Assembly: GCF_009914755.1 (NCBI RefSeq)
Contig: NC_060934.1
DNA from: the human T2T-CHM13v2.0 reference genome, Homo sapiens
Reading direction: 5' to 3' (one strand)
DNA: 64,000 bases
The position numbers and the translations under genes are program-made. Below the pieces are notes generated by a model. It was not told the DNA's origin, made no database searches, and worked only from the letters and a program-made list of their open reading frames with translations. Position 1 is the stretch's first letter. Each line of letters opens with the position of its first letter. This document shows positions 1-15,575 of the stretch, one piece after another.

Positions 1-98
1 TATACAGGAAGGGTACTAAAATACATAATGGATGGAAGATGTATGAAGAATCGGCAATCGACATCATGACTTCCACATCACCATAAGAAAGAGAAGCA

Positions 99-362
99 GG
101 CCTGGACATGGTGGCTCACTTCCATAATCCCAGCACTTTGGGAAGCCGAGGTAGAAGGACTACTTGAGGCCAGGAGTTCCAGATCAACCTGGGCAACATG
201 GCAAGACTCCAACACAACAAAAAATTTGTAAATGAGATGGGCATGGCGGCATGTGCCTCTAGTCACAGCACTTGGAAGGCTGACATGGGGTGTTGCGGGC
301 TACGGTGAGCTATGACTGCACCACTGCACTGTAGCCTGGGCAACAAAGAAAGGCCCTGTCTC

Positions 363-393
<31 letters not shown>

Positions 394-431
394 AAGAAAA
401 AGAAAAGAGAGGAAAAGAAAAGAAAAAAAAG
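99..431 (+). mobile_element. AluJ-like SINE with right-arm deletion and long A-rich tail
   Basis: Alu head ggcctggacatggtggctcac, CCCAGCACTTTGGGA, poly-A tail. Approximate TSD aagaaag(a/g)gaag. Confidence 0.9.
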
Positions 432-948
432 AAAGGGAAGTAATGCAATAATACAAGAAAACAAAAGACAAGAGTCAATGGCCTGGCTTCTCAGCAACCT
501 ACTATAAACTCCTGGCAGCCTCAAACAAATTGGTCCCTCCCCACATCAAATACTGAGATTGACGTGCACTACCTCTAAAGTCCTCCTTGAGGGCTGGACT
601 TATACAGCAAATGGGGCAGTCAAAATGGTCAAATCCTTACTATTGTTCTGCATTTGATATTAATGTCCTGAAGCCATTTTCTTTCACAATCAAAAATTTT
701 ACTACAGTAACTGCTATCTTCTTCTCATAGACATAGTCTTATTCTCTGCACTTTTACATTTTAATTTCTACAGAGCAAAATAAACCTGAGACATATAAGA
801 AATACAATTTGAAATATGTTAAAAGGTAAGTAACTTTAAAAAATCTATCAGTTCTTTCACAAAATAATTAGATAAGACTCAGGGTGCTTTGGGTTAGTAG
901 GTTGACTTTTAAAATAAATTCCATTTCTACCCTTGTGTGTTGCTGCTA

Positions 949-1404
<456 letters not shown>

Positions 1405-1840
1405 TTAAGACTGGCAGACTAGAAGATATTATGAGCTTAATTAAGTTTACTAATTAAGCAATAAGAACTGACAGGCTGTTGAAATTGAAAAGCAAAATTC
1501 TAATAACCCATTTATCAATCAAGTTTGCAGCTCTGATCTATCAATAGCTGTTTCTTCAAATATAAATTTCTCATTCTCTCAATAAAAATAGAAAAATTAT
1601 CTACAACTACAGATAAAATTCTGTCCTCTCAACTGTAAATCATTAAACATGTTTTAAGTATAACAAGTATTATAATTTCAATAATAGAAACCAAATGGAA
1701 CATTCTCTCTACAACATTGTCTAATACAACTTGTAGACATTACAAAATACTTCAATTTAAGTTTTCAAAGAAAGACAGAGCTTTATAATTATATTTAGAA
1801 TATTGGATTGGGTTAGATGTGTATTTAAAATTTTTAAAAT

Positions 1841-1863
1841 ACACACACACACACACACACACT
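1841..1863. repeat. (CA)n microsatellite
   Basis: Run of AC dinucleotides. Confidence 0.95.
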
Positions 1864-2124
1864 TAGAAGACTATAGAAAGTAACTATTAATTATTTATTA
1901 AGTTGGTATATGTAAAAATCTCAAGAACAGCAATCCAGGCTCAATAATTCAAAATGTTGACAGCTGTGGGTCACAGTGCACCCATACAACCAGCCTGGGA
2001 AGCAGCTCTTTCTCATGCTGGTTCCCTGGTCAGGACCTCAAGTTCTTAAGAGTTCTGTTTGCTCCTGCCTTGTTTTATAAGAACTGGCCAACTGTTATGT
2101 TTTTCATTGACTAAGGGCCTGAAT

Positions 2125-2201
2125 CAAGATAAAGTGTATCTGAATACAACCCAATATTGTATCTGAATACAACCCAAGATAAAGTGTATCTGAATACAAC
2201 C
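2125..2201. repeat. Local tandem triplication (27/23/27 bp) with core TGTATCTGAATACAACC
   Basis: caagataaagtgtatctgaatacaacc at 2125 and 2175; caatattgtatctgaatacaacc at 2152. Confidence 0.9.
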
Positions 2202-2577
2202 TCAAGCAGATACAAACAGCTTTATCTGCTTGTTTGTATCTAGAGAAACTGTGTGCAGCAAAGGTGGACGGGTGAGTTAAAGTATGATAAAAATGGGCAC
2301 ACTGTCAATTTTCCAAAAGGAGAGGAACCAGCAAAATTGTAAAGTTGAAATGGGGGCCATAATACTTAAGAAGAGCTATATCCATCAGAGGACATTTTGA
2401 AATATAGTCTAATGGTATTAATTACTGAGTATGTTTAAATTTTTAAAAGCTAATGGCAGAAAATATTCCTCTCCAGTATACAGACTGAGATCACAGACAT
2501 GTTTGAAGCATTTCAACTGACTGCACTCTGTCATGCCTAATGCAAGTAAGAACAGAAGTGCAGCGAGCACACACTTA

Positions 2578-2712
<135 letters not shown>

Positions 2713-3564
2713 TTAAGAATGCAAATGATTACACATGTAATATCTCCACCATGCACACTGCCTTACCACTTTAATGCTGTTATTATATTTACAAAGATGT
2801 CCTTACAAAGGAGCATGTTAAAATGACTATTCATACATTTTTAAATGACAGACAAAAACCACAACGTTAAAATGACATGTAAAAATGCATCCCTTCCATA
2901 AATGTAAAAAATCAGTTTCTGGCTGGTCAGTATTATGTTTCTAGAACAAGCTATAACACTCTCTCTGTTTACAAATGCCCCAAACAGAGCCCGCCTAATG
3001 GTTGAGTGGGTATTGCAGTGTGGAGGATGGATAAGCATGTATTTTTGAATGGCTTGGGCAATTTTCTGTTTTAAGCCAGCTGGCACGCTAGCTTAAAAGA
3101 CGACTGCAACTCCCATCTTTCTGTGAAAGTAAAGGTAATGAGGAAAAGCTAACCTCATTGCACTGCAGGTTTGAGAATGATAATAGGAAAGATTTCAGGA
3201 ATAAAGGAGTTTCCATGCTTTGCATTTGAATTTGATAGTGCTTAGTATTGTGAATTTCAAAACCTGTCAGGTCTCCCAAAAGTAAGTCATTTATTGTCAA
3301 TATTCCCATTTGGAAAAACAAATGACCCAACAGAAAAACGTCAGTGAGAGGTTCAAATAATGCCAATCACCATTCATCTCTTCCACATATGTACTCACTC
3401 AGGTTGAAAGAAAAGTGTGAATGACCTTTGAGAGACCCCCTACTTGCTCTAGAACACTAACTTCATAACTGACAGGACATTCTATACAGACTGGGACAAA
3501 TAAGAAATACTTCTTTAAATCACAGTATAAGCAACAGGGGTCTTAACCTAGCTCTGATTGCTGT

Positions 3565-3876
<312 letters not shown>

Positions 3877-4219
3877 TTAATTACTTGATGGCTGGCATAA
3901 ATTTTGTATCATGATATTAAAATTTTTATATGAACTTAGTCTTTTTACTTCCAAAATTTGTATTTTCTTTCATAATCCTAATAAAGAGACAAAAATGCCT
4001 ACACAGGCACTAAAATTGAGAATCCAGTATAAATTAAAATTGAAGACACCCTAATTTTCAAATAATGTCTAAATGATTTCCAAGAGAATTACAACTTGCA
4101 GTCATCTGTGTATGTTTTCCAGTAGAAATATACCAAAATAGATAGCTGCTGCTTCTATACTTTTCCAGTAATTGTTGTATCTGTTCCATGGGCATTTATC
4201 ATATTCTTCTCTTATATAC

Positions 4220-4332
4220 ATACCTTATCTCTATTAGTGGACTATAAGCTCCTAGCAGACAGAGAACATAAGATTCAGCAGTTCAAGCACTGAACTAGTA
4301 GTAAGGTCTTGATAAATGACAACTGAATGAAG
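4220..4332 (+). mobile_element. L2 3' end fragment
   Basis: gactataagctcctag...gataaatg...tgaatgaa resembles the L2 3' terminus. Confidence 0.55.
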
Positions 4333-4920
4333 GCATGATTGAGGTTAGCTGAGGCAAACAAGTCTATTTCTATAAGCTTTTTGCAAAATAGAATACAAGT
4401 GAATAGAATTTAGATTCAGATTCTTTCTTCATGAAAGTATCATTTCTACTAAAGATATGATGAAACTGAAATAAATTAAACTCAGACAAAAGTCCTATTT
4501 CACTTGTAATTTTGCAGTTTAACATTTTTACGATATTAGTAAGGTCAACGATTAATTTCATTCTAACTTTTATTAATAAATATAATAAGGTGGCATTATA
4601 CTAGAGTGAAGCCTATCAGCTTGCAAGAATTGTAATTTTAGCGTTGAGAATCAGCACCTACTAGTGTATGAGTCTAAAAATATTAGTGACTAGTAAAAAC
4701 AATATTATGTAGATAATATTTAGTTACTTATTATCATTTATTGCAGCTATATAAAGACATAAAATTATCTCAACTCAAAGGTAAGAATAAAGTACACTGA
4801 TTTATCTTCAGGAGCAACTTAACTCTCAGTTCATATTTGGGAGAAAGAGATTCCATAATATGCCAAACCAAAAATGAAGTTATTGTTTAAATGTGATCAT
4901 GTCCATAATTTATCTCCCTA

Positions 4921-5300
<380 letters not shown>

Positions 5301-5872
5301 CTATGATTCCGATGAATGAGGAAGATTAATACAAGAAATTAAATTAAATCACAGTTACTGGTACCACTAGAACATGCAGAAGATATCTGACCACTTCAGT
5401 TTCAAAGAACATCTTGAAGGAAACGATGTCTCAGTCACCCACAGGTAATCATAACAGAACCACATGTGAGGTGCCACAGCTGTAGTTAAAAGCCACCACT
5501 ATAAACCAGACACACTTTGGAATGTGTATGCTTTCAGTCCTTGCAATAAAAATATGCCCTACCAAGACTCACTCCAGTTAATGAGTTTTTAATTGGTGAA
5601 ATCATAAGCGATTTCCCAATATGACTACAATATTACTGCAAATGTAAGTGACTAACAATTAGTATGTTTTTATGTATTATATTTTGTGTAATCTAAAATA
5701 GTCCATAGAAAATTTTTACAAAAAATATATATATAAACGGTCTTCAATGGAAATTACTTAGCAGTTAATTAGCACCGATCATTTATTTAAATTTATGAAA
5801 CTATCTTGGATACATCCTTTCAGTATTTATGACAACTTAAAACAGTGTAACTTATAAATCCTTTCACTTTAA

Positions 5873-6147
5873 TTTTTTTTGAGACAGAATCTTGCTCTGT
5901 CACCCAGGCTGGAGGTATACTGGGCTCAATCACAGCTCCCTGCAAGCTCAAACCCCGGGGCTCAAGCAATCCTCCTGCCTCAGCCTCCTGAGTAGCTGGG
6001 ATTAGAGGTGTGTGCCACGACCCCTGGCTAGTTTGTTTGTTTGTTTTGTAGACTTGGGTTCTTACTATGTTGCCCAGGCTGGTCTTGAACTCCTGGACTT
6101 GGCCTCCCAAAAGTATTGGGATTACAGGCTTGAGCCACTGTGCCAGC
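5873..6147 (-). mobile_element. AluJ-like SINE
   Basis: Diverged reverse Alu (gagacagaatcttgctctgtcacccaggctgg...). Confidence 0.88.
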
Positions 6148-8800
6148 TGAAATCTGCTCTTTAATTCTAGAAGTAACATCAATAATTTTTTTCAGATAAG
6201 TAGATGAACAGATTTATATTCATCTCATAATTTTTCAGTTTTAAACCTATGTGTTTTTTTTCTGGTAATCATTCTAGACTAATAATCCAAAGTAGAAAAG
6301 CATGTAATGTTCCATTTCTTGAATGGTTGTCTTTCTAAATAAGTCCTCATCAATGGCCAAATGCATTAGCAATCCTAACATACAGTAGAAATTCTACAAA
6401 TCATAAATACACCACACACGTATAGAAACTATAATGGAAATTTATTAACTGAGGCTTTAGCAACCAACATTGTTATAAGTCATGAAAATCTCAGATCTCA
6501 GATTCCTTTTACTCAGTACAAGAGACCTGATGGGGGGCTGGGAGATAGAGGGTGGAAGAAGACTGCAGAAGAGAAAGAACATCACCCTGACTGACACAGC
6601 AAGAGATGAGGGAATCAAGGGAACAGACTGAATTAAGGTGAAGTTAGTAGCCTGCTGATTTCTAAGTACTTAACCACACTATTAGAATCATTCTCTCAAA
6701 AAGAATGGATTAATTTAAAAGGAAAGTGGTACAATCTGCAAAATTATCTCATTTACTCCACTAGGTGAAAATGATTGCAAAGGAATGGGAATGAACTATC
6801 AAAAGAAAAAAAAGTCACAAGAAAATCCAACTGATAACAGCTAGACTGAGAATGAAAAGAACCTCCGAAGGAAATCAAAAGTAGTAAGAAGAGACACTTT
6901 CCTGAAAAATGTGTGCTCGCGAGCAGATACATTTCCATAGCCCTCATTTGCAACTTAAAGCTGTATCAAACAATATAATTAAAAACAAATTTTAGGGATA
7001 TATTTTGCAAACTCAACTAGAAATCAGAATTTGTTCTAAAGTAATAAAGAACCAACTGCCTATGGTATGGCTGCTGCAACAGTTTTATTAGAGAAAGTAA
7101 TCAAAGCAAATGAAGTTCTAAACATTTTGGCACGTCAGTGTGCTGGTAGAGAGAACAGTGTTCCTTCTTGGCAGCTAATACCAGAATTCCTTATTGGGTC
7201 AACCATGTTCCATCCTAAGAAGAAACCACTTTGCAAAAAATAAAAGAGGTAGGTGTCAGGAAAGGAGGCATTGGAGTAAGCTCTGTTTGGGGAATGGTTC
7301 CAAGAGCAGAACAACCCCAGATTTGTTATGCTAGGACAAAAGACATAAGAGAAAAGAGTTGGGCATTTATTAGTGGGGTGGCGCAGATTTAAGAAGAAAT
7401 GATTATAGGGTTTAGGGTTATGTGAAACAGAACCTCCTCTACCTTCCTTATGAATCTAAGATAAACCCTACTTGGCTTTATGCTTTTCAAGCAAATGGAT
7501 TTTTCCTGATGGAGCTGAAACATCCCCAAATCTATTCCTCTTCTAGTCTCCTATATTTTCTTCAAAATTTGAAAAGAAGAAAACACTAGATCCGCTGCAT
7601 ACAAATATCACTTCTGAATAATTTTCCTAATACAAAAGTATGTTACATGCATATTTCTTTCAAGACTTCGTTTTTGAACAATGTTTCTTAAAAAAAAAAA
7701 AAAAAAAAAAAAAAAGACAAGCTAGGGTACAGTAGCACAAAGCGAGCCATTGAAATGCTGCTTCTTTGTACATGATTTTGGATGCATAATTAGAATTTAA
7801 CTACTTAGATTATATTAAGGATTGCACCACTACATTTTTACAAGGTTCATTAGCCTAATTATACACTTAATTAAAACAAACGCAGTCACACATGTTAACA
7901 TTTTCAATTCTAAGTATAAATTACAACCAATGATAAAACTGAAAATAAGTAACAAATGTTTTATTGACATCCAAATTGGCTGAGTAAGTCTGAGTTTTGC
8001 GTTGATAATGTAAACTACCACAACTGCCACCCAGCTGTATGGAAATGATTATAATTCATCTTAATAAAGGTTGACACAGTATAAACATCACAACGGTAGG
8101 GAAGGCAGAATATGAGTGGGCAGAATAGGGTCTCATCAACAAGAACCGCTCAGCTCCCTGAGTACAGCCCATGGGGGGCCAGCAACTACCTACATGAGCC
8201 CAGAAAGTACTGCCACTGAAAGCATGGACACCAAAAGGAGAAAGTTTAAAGGAATGCCAAGTTAAAACTTTAAATCTTAATTTTTTTTTTAGAAAAACTT
8301 CAATGAATGAGATAAATCAGGCCAAAAAGGTAAATAAAAATGGAAAATTCCTTTAGATTACAGCAGAAATCACAGATGTCATATTGCTATATATAAAGAG
8401 ACATGATTCATGTAAGTGTAAACTGCAACTTGTCTCTCTAAAACCAATGCGTATGTTATAGTTCTTTATTATAACAAATGAGTCTGCGGCTGAGAATGCA
8501 CAATTGAAAACTTTCAGACAAAAGACTATTGATTCAGCAAATAAAGTTAAATTGCGTTTTTTTCAAAAGTTATTAAATTAAAATTGAGTACTCAAAAGTT
8601 CAAGAGCATATTTATTCTCAGCTAGTTTGTGAAGCTCAAATTGACTGTAATTCTTCATTAGCATATGTACCCAATTAACTAAACAAATGTGTATTGGGAT
8701 TCTCAATTTTACGACATAATAGTAAATTTTCTCCCAGATTCATGATATAAGAGGAAAATGATCACTTTCTCTGATTGGGTAGACTAATCACTACCTACCT

Positions 8801-8830
8801 AGAATACCAAGCACCAGAATACCAAGCACC
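8801..8830. repeat. Perfect 15-bp tandem duplication
   Basis: agaataccaagcacc x2. Confidence 0.9.
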
Positions 8831-8904
8831 ACTGGAGGGAATTTCAAGGCACATAACAAAAGATAAATTGAGTATAAAATCTCTTCTCATGATTTGATCA
8901 TTCT

Positions 8905-9070
8905 TATTAGCTGCCACTGCCAAGGACCTTGCTAAATGATTTACATATATTTTCTTATTTAAACCATACAAAAGTCATGATTCCTATCCTTCATATGTAA
9001 GGAGTAGGGCTAAGTGAGGCTAACTTGCCCAAGGCCACACTACGTAAAAAATACTGAGCAAGGTATCCTT
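8905..9070 (-). mobile_element. MIR SINE fragment
   Basis: aacttgcccaaggccacac is the reverse MIR core. Confidence 0.65.
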
Positions 9071-9266
9071 CCCCAGTCCTGACAATCCCCGTGCCAATAA
9101 AACGAGGACAACATAAGGTCAAGTCAGTCACTGACTGACACAGAGAGGTAATACAAAATTCCCAACTCCAAATCTGGGGAAAATAAATTGCGTTTTCAAT
9201 ACATAATAGAGCAAAAAATGATAAAGAATATCTTAGATGAACAAAAGGGTATAACAAACAATATAG

Positions 9267-9922
9267 TTTTTTTTGTGTGTGTACACATTTAGTTTTATTG
9301 TAACAAAGCAACTTGTACACTTTTAACGTTTAAAACTGAGCATCATCTTTCCTTTCCAGCGAAACAAAAAGAAAATTTAAAAATATACAGGAACAAAATT
9401 ACAATAGAGAATGTCAATTCCAAATAAGATCCTACAGGTTCTGCTGACTCCCCCATTGAGTGGCAGGGCTCAAGTCATCATTAGGACAGAATTTATTTTA
9501 AAAGTGTCATCTTAAACTGCAAGGATGTCTGTCAAATATCACAATTAAACATGCCAAAGGAGAAGCCATGTTGTCAAAATGCCCACTTAACCCACCCAAA
9601 CATCTCAAACCCACCCTTTGCTGACCTTCTATAACCTCATTTTTTTTTTAGTTTTTTTTTTCTTCTTTTAAACAAGAGAAAGTAGACAGATACATGTTGG
9701 TAAATGCTAACTGTCCATATTCACATAGAGACACAGTGTACTCTCTGAGCCCAATATACAGAGAAAGGAGGAAAAAAGCTAGAATTCTATGCACTACTGC
9801 ACAGGGGCCTAGCGCCCTCCAGCTTCCAGCAGAGCGAAGGGAGAAGGTTTTTCTTTTTTCCCACAGAGCTCGGTGGTGTTGATTCCATACAGTTTTTGTT
9901 CAGACAGGAAGGGATAAAAATG
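9267..9922 (-). pseudogene. 5'-truncated processed retrocopy of an mRNA 3'UTR, most likely SET
   Basis: TSD acaaacaatata at 9254-9265 and 9923-9934. T-run (poly-A remnant) at 9267-9274. AATAAA on minus strand at 9294-9299. Body resembles my recollection of the SET 3'UTR (..gtgtacaagttgctttgttacaataaaactaaatgtgtacaca); not verified by search. Confidence 0.8.
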
Positions 9923-10143
9923 ACAAACAATATAATTATAATCATGTAAATCTTAGTTGAGGGGAGAGTGAAGCTCAGATTCTGCTGAATTAAATGGATG
10001 AGTATGGTATGTCTCAAGACCATCCAAAGATGTTTGACTACTAGTCTTGTAGACAGAGAAACATCAGTTTATATTTGAGGGGGAAATTATTCAAGACATG
10101 AATGCAGGATGTAAAAAACAAACTTTTATATTTCAGTGATTTT

Positions 10144-10218
10144 CTGAATATAGATTAATTACAAAATACAATCTGCATATAGATTATTTTAACCACCTTC
10201 TAATTAATCTATATTCAG
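10144..10218. repeat. Perfect 18-bp inverted repeat, 39-bp spacer
   Basis: ctgaatatagattaatta (10144-10161) / taattaatctatattcag (10201-10218). Confidence 0.9.
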
Positions 10219-10323
10219 GTTTAAATAGAATGCAAATAATAATACTTATGAAATACATATTTTCCAACAGGGTCACTTTTATTTCAACTCAAAAACGCAA
10301 AACATTAAAAATATTCTCCTAGT

Positions 10324-10620
10324 GGCCAGAAGTGATGGCTCACACCTGTAATCCCAGCACTTCGGGAGGCCGAGGTGGGTGGATCACTTGAGCTCAGGAG
10401 TTCCAGATCAGCCTAGGCAACATGGGGAGACCCCACCTTTACCAAAAATACAAAAAATTAGCCAGGCATAGTGGTGTGTGCCTGTGGTCGCAGCTACTAG
10501 GGAGGCTGAGGTGGGAGGATCACTTGAGCCTGGAGATCCTGCCACCGTACTCCAGCCTGGGTGACAGAGTGAGACCCTGTCTCAAAAAATATAAAGAAAG
10601 AAAGAAAGTAAAAAAAAGAA
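10324..10620 (+). mobile_element. AluJ SINE with right-arm deletion
   Basis: Alu dimer. TSD approx aaaaatattctc(c/t)tag. Confidence 0.88.
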
Positions 10621-11374
10621 TAAATCAATTTTAAAAATAAAAAATATTCTCTTAGAGATGTGATTTCATTTTTCAGCTTCATGATGGAATTTATGGACAA
10701 TAATGTAACTAAGCAAATAAATAAAGAGGGGAAAAGTCATAAAAATAAACTTTAACACAGAAATTGAAGAAGCTTTTTCCAAAGGATGTTGACACTTCAC
10801 CTGATATTCTGAATATTGTATTGAAGATAAACAGATGAAAAAAATTATTTGGGATAAAAATCAAAGTTAATCAGACAAATCAAATGATGGCAAATCTGTA
10901 AAAAGTAAGTTGAGAATAAATTAATAAATAAGATATCTGCCAACATGAGTCAGTAGCAGAAAGCCAGACCCACACCCAGAGTCCCTTCATTTCCCTCACC
11001 ACCATCTTCACAGGGCCTGATTTTCTAACTGTGAAACTTTAGATTTTTCCTTAAGTCTTATGATTGACAAGTAGATGTTAAGAAGGATTGTTCTGTGAGT
11101 ACATACTACTAATGAGAGTATGGTAAATGGGCTTATATGGTTTTTTTCAACTTCCCTTCTTCCTGAGAATCAAGGACATGCACTGCTGGGAATTAATATG
11201 TAGTTACAACAAAAGAGGCTTTCTTATCAAACAGTAAGTGGAAATCAAAATCCTGTACACTCTTGTCCCCCAAAGATATGAATAGAAAACAGAGGTGAAG
11301 AAGTTTTAGACATGAAAAATACTAGAATGTAAAACCATCATGGCAGCCATTTTTATTTGTTTGGTTCCCTAGGG

Positions 11375-11549
11375 CAAGGGCTGACAACTGCAGCCTATGA
11401 GTCAATTCAGCCAGCAATATGTTTTTGTAAATGAAGCTTTGTTTATATCTTGTCAATGGTTGCTTTCATGCTACAATGGCAGATTTTCTGGGCCATGATG
11501 CCTAAAATACTGATTATCTGACCCTTTACAGAAAGTTTGTGAATCTTTG
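11375..11549 (+). mobile_element. MER58A-like hAT-Charlie DNA transposon
   Basis: tgtttttgtaaatgaagcttt, tggttgctttcatgctacaatggcaga and gcctaaaata..tatctgaccctttacagaaagtttg match the MER58 consensus as remembered. Confidence 0.7.
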
Positions 11550-11747
11550 ATCTGAGATATCAAAGGCACCAAAAATGCTAACTAGTAGATACTAGATCTT
11601 AAAAAAAAAAAAAAAGTGTATATAAACACCAACATACAATTACTATTTTCACAAGGAAAAGTAATGTGAAACAAATTTAAGTGCCACAGACTTAAGAATA
11701 AAGGTAGATGTAAATAAGTGAGAAATGTCCATTATAGAAAAGATCCA

Positions 11748-12037
11748 GGCCAGGCAAGGTGGCTCATGCCCGTAATCCATGCACTTTGGGAGGACAAAGC
11801 TGGCAGATCACTTGAGCCCAAGAGTTTGAGACGAGACTGGGCAACATTGGGAAACCTCATGTCCACAAAAAATATAAAAAATTAGCCGGGCATGGAGGCA
11901 CTTGCCTGTAGTCCCAGCTGCTTGGGAGGCTGAGGTGGAAAAATCACCTAAGCCCGGCAGGTTGAAGCTGCAGTGAGCCACTACTCTCCAGCCCGGGCAA
12001 CAGAGTGAGAAGCTATCTCAAAAGGAAAAAAAAAAAA
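11748..12037 (+). mobile_element. AluJ SINE
   Basis: Full dimer, TSD aaaagatcca. Confidence 0.9.
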
Positions 12038-12058
12038 GATCCAGAGAAGAAAACTTTA

Positions 12059-12176
12059 GGCCAGGTACAGCCGCTCACACCTGTAATCCCAGCACTATGG
12101 GAGGCCAGGGTAGCAGGATCACTTGAGGCCAAGAGTTTGAGACCAGCCTAGGCAACAAAGCAAGACCCAGTTTCTA
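12059..12176 (+). mobile_element. FLAM / Alu left monomer
   Basis: Single left arm ending caagacccagtttctac. Confidence 0.8.
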
Positions 12177-12237
12177 CTTAATTAATTAATTTAAAATGTT
12201 TTAGCCATAATTGTTTTCCATAGGGGAAAAGATTTAG

Positions 12238-13075
<838 letters not shown>

Positions 13076-13476
13076 TCAAACACAAAATCTTATCATTTCA
13101 TAGGTCCAGTCCCTATTTTAGCACACAATTTTATATGTTGCTTTTTATATACTTAACATTATATCATAATCATATATCTATTTCATGAGAAAGTGTCAGA
13201 AATACTTCTTAACCACCATCCAGGCCAGGATGTATCATTACCGTTTCTTTGTTAATATAGTAACACCATATCTAATATGGATAGTCATGGGTTCATTTGC
13301 TCCTGTGCTGATTACGCTTCACTAAGCAGTACCTATGGTCCTGTAGACCAATACCTACAACCAGGTTCTAGAAATATTAAAAAAGAAAAAAAAAAAAGCA
13401 AGGTTCTTCTGCCAAAGGTAATCACAATTATTTGGCATAACCTTCCTGAAAATAGTGGCATTTGTGGTTTAAATAA

Positions 13477-13784
<308 letters not shown>

Positions 13785-14005
13785 GATGGTTCTCATTTAA
13801 ATCAGGAGGAAATGAAATGATATGGATGAAATAAAAATTGATTCCAAGGTAATGAAACGTTTTAGGTAAATGTTTTTCTACTAAGAAAATAATTTAAAAA
13901 AAGAAATCACCAAAGTAATGAAACCGTGAACGAATATAGATGAGGATCAGTTAACTTTATTTTTGAATAACATATACAAGGAAATAACTCAAGAAAAACA
14001 TCATC

Positions 14006-14314
<309 letters not shown>

Positions 14315-14516
14315 AAGAAAAACATCATCATGGGGAAGATAATATTGTCTCTCTACCTATTTGTCTCTATTTCTACATATCAGCAGGTAGTCAACTAAGA
14401 CAGGGGTTGGAGGACGAGCTAATTGTCATTAATGCCCCTGATTGAAAAACATTCAACCTAGTCTAAAAAATAGCTTTGAAAGTAAGCAGTGCAAGATTCT
14501 TATTTTAAAAAACTTA

Positions 14517-14835
14517 AGCCAGCCATGGTGGCTCACACCTGTAATCCCAGCACTTTGGGAGGCTGAGGCCGGCGGATCACTTGAGATCAAGTGTTCCAGA
14601 TCAACCTGGCCAACGTGGTGAAACCCTGTCTCTGCTAAAAATTCAAAAACTAGCCAGGCATGGTAGCATATGCCTGTAGTCCCAGCTTCTAGGAAGGCTG
14701 ATGCAGGAGAATTGCTTGAACCCGGGAAGCGGAGGTTGCAGTGAGCCAGGATCTCCAGCCTGTGTGACAGAGTGAGACTCCATCTCAAAAAAAACCAAAA
14801 AACAAACACAAAAAAACCAACAACAACAAAAAAAA
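14517..14835 (+). mobile_element. AluS SINE with small right-arm deletion
   Basis: Alu dimer with A/C-rich tail, TSD approx aaaaaactt. Confidence 0.88.
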
Positions 14836-15389
14836 CTTCATCACACATCAGGTCACAATAAGATCTACATGGCTGTAAAAAACTCTCTAACATTAACTTC
14901 ACAAGCTTACATTACTATTTTCCTTAATGACATTTGATATTTGAGGTGGTCTGGGTTGTGTTCCTTCTCTTCAAAATATACAATTGGTATTCTGCATTAT
15001 TCGTTAGATGCTCTGACTTTGAAAATCTAAATGAGAAAGCAATATTGACATGTATTTGTCACTTTTATAAAAGTAAGTATTCAGTAACTGTTATTCAATT
15101 AGTTATCCTCCAAAATTGAGAAGGCCCAAGAATGACTGGAGTTTTATATAAGGGAAGTTATCTTGGAAATTTCTACTTACATATCATGAATATATATTAT
15201 TGTAGTCCTACTAGATATATGTGCAATTTCTTAACTTCACTTAATTTCTTCCTTCCTGCTATACTACATTGCTTAATTTACTCTTGCACAAGCCACCATG
15301 AAGTTGACACAGCTACCTTTACAAGCTATCATCACATTTAAAATCATCTTCCGCAACAAGCCATTTTCAGTTGCCTAATTCAGACTATT

Positions 15390-15575
15390 CTTCCCCTATC
15401 AGCTCACAGAGCACCTATTATATAACTATATCAACATTTATCACATAATTATAATTGTGTGATTTCTTGGCTATCACTCCGTCTAGACTGCAAATCTCTG
15501 GAGGAAGAACATATTCCGTTCATCTTTGTTTCCTAGCACCTAACACAGGGATTGTCACAACAGAAATGCTTGGAA
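15390..15575 (+). mobile_element. L2 3' fragment
   Basis: ctagactgcaaatctctggagg...catctttgtttcctagcacctaacacag. Confidence 0.6.

Noticed and set aside
2125-2201. CRISPR-like repeat array
   Set aside because: Eukaryotic intron with no unique spacers and no cas genes; it is a local tandem duplication.
7690-7715. Isolated 26-nt poly-A tract as a possible tail-only retroinsertion
   Set aside because: No convincing TSD or body; treated as a simple mononucleotide repeat.
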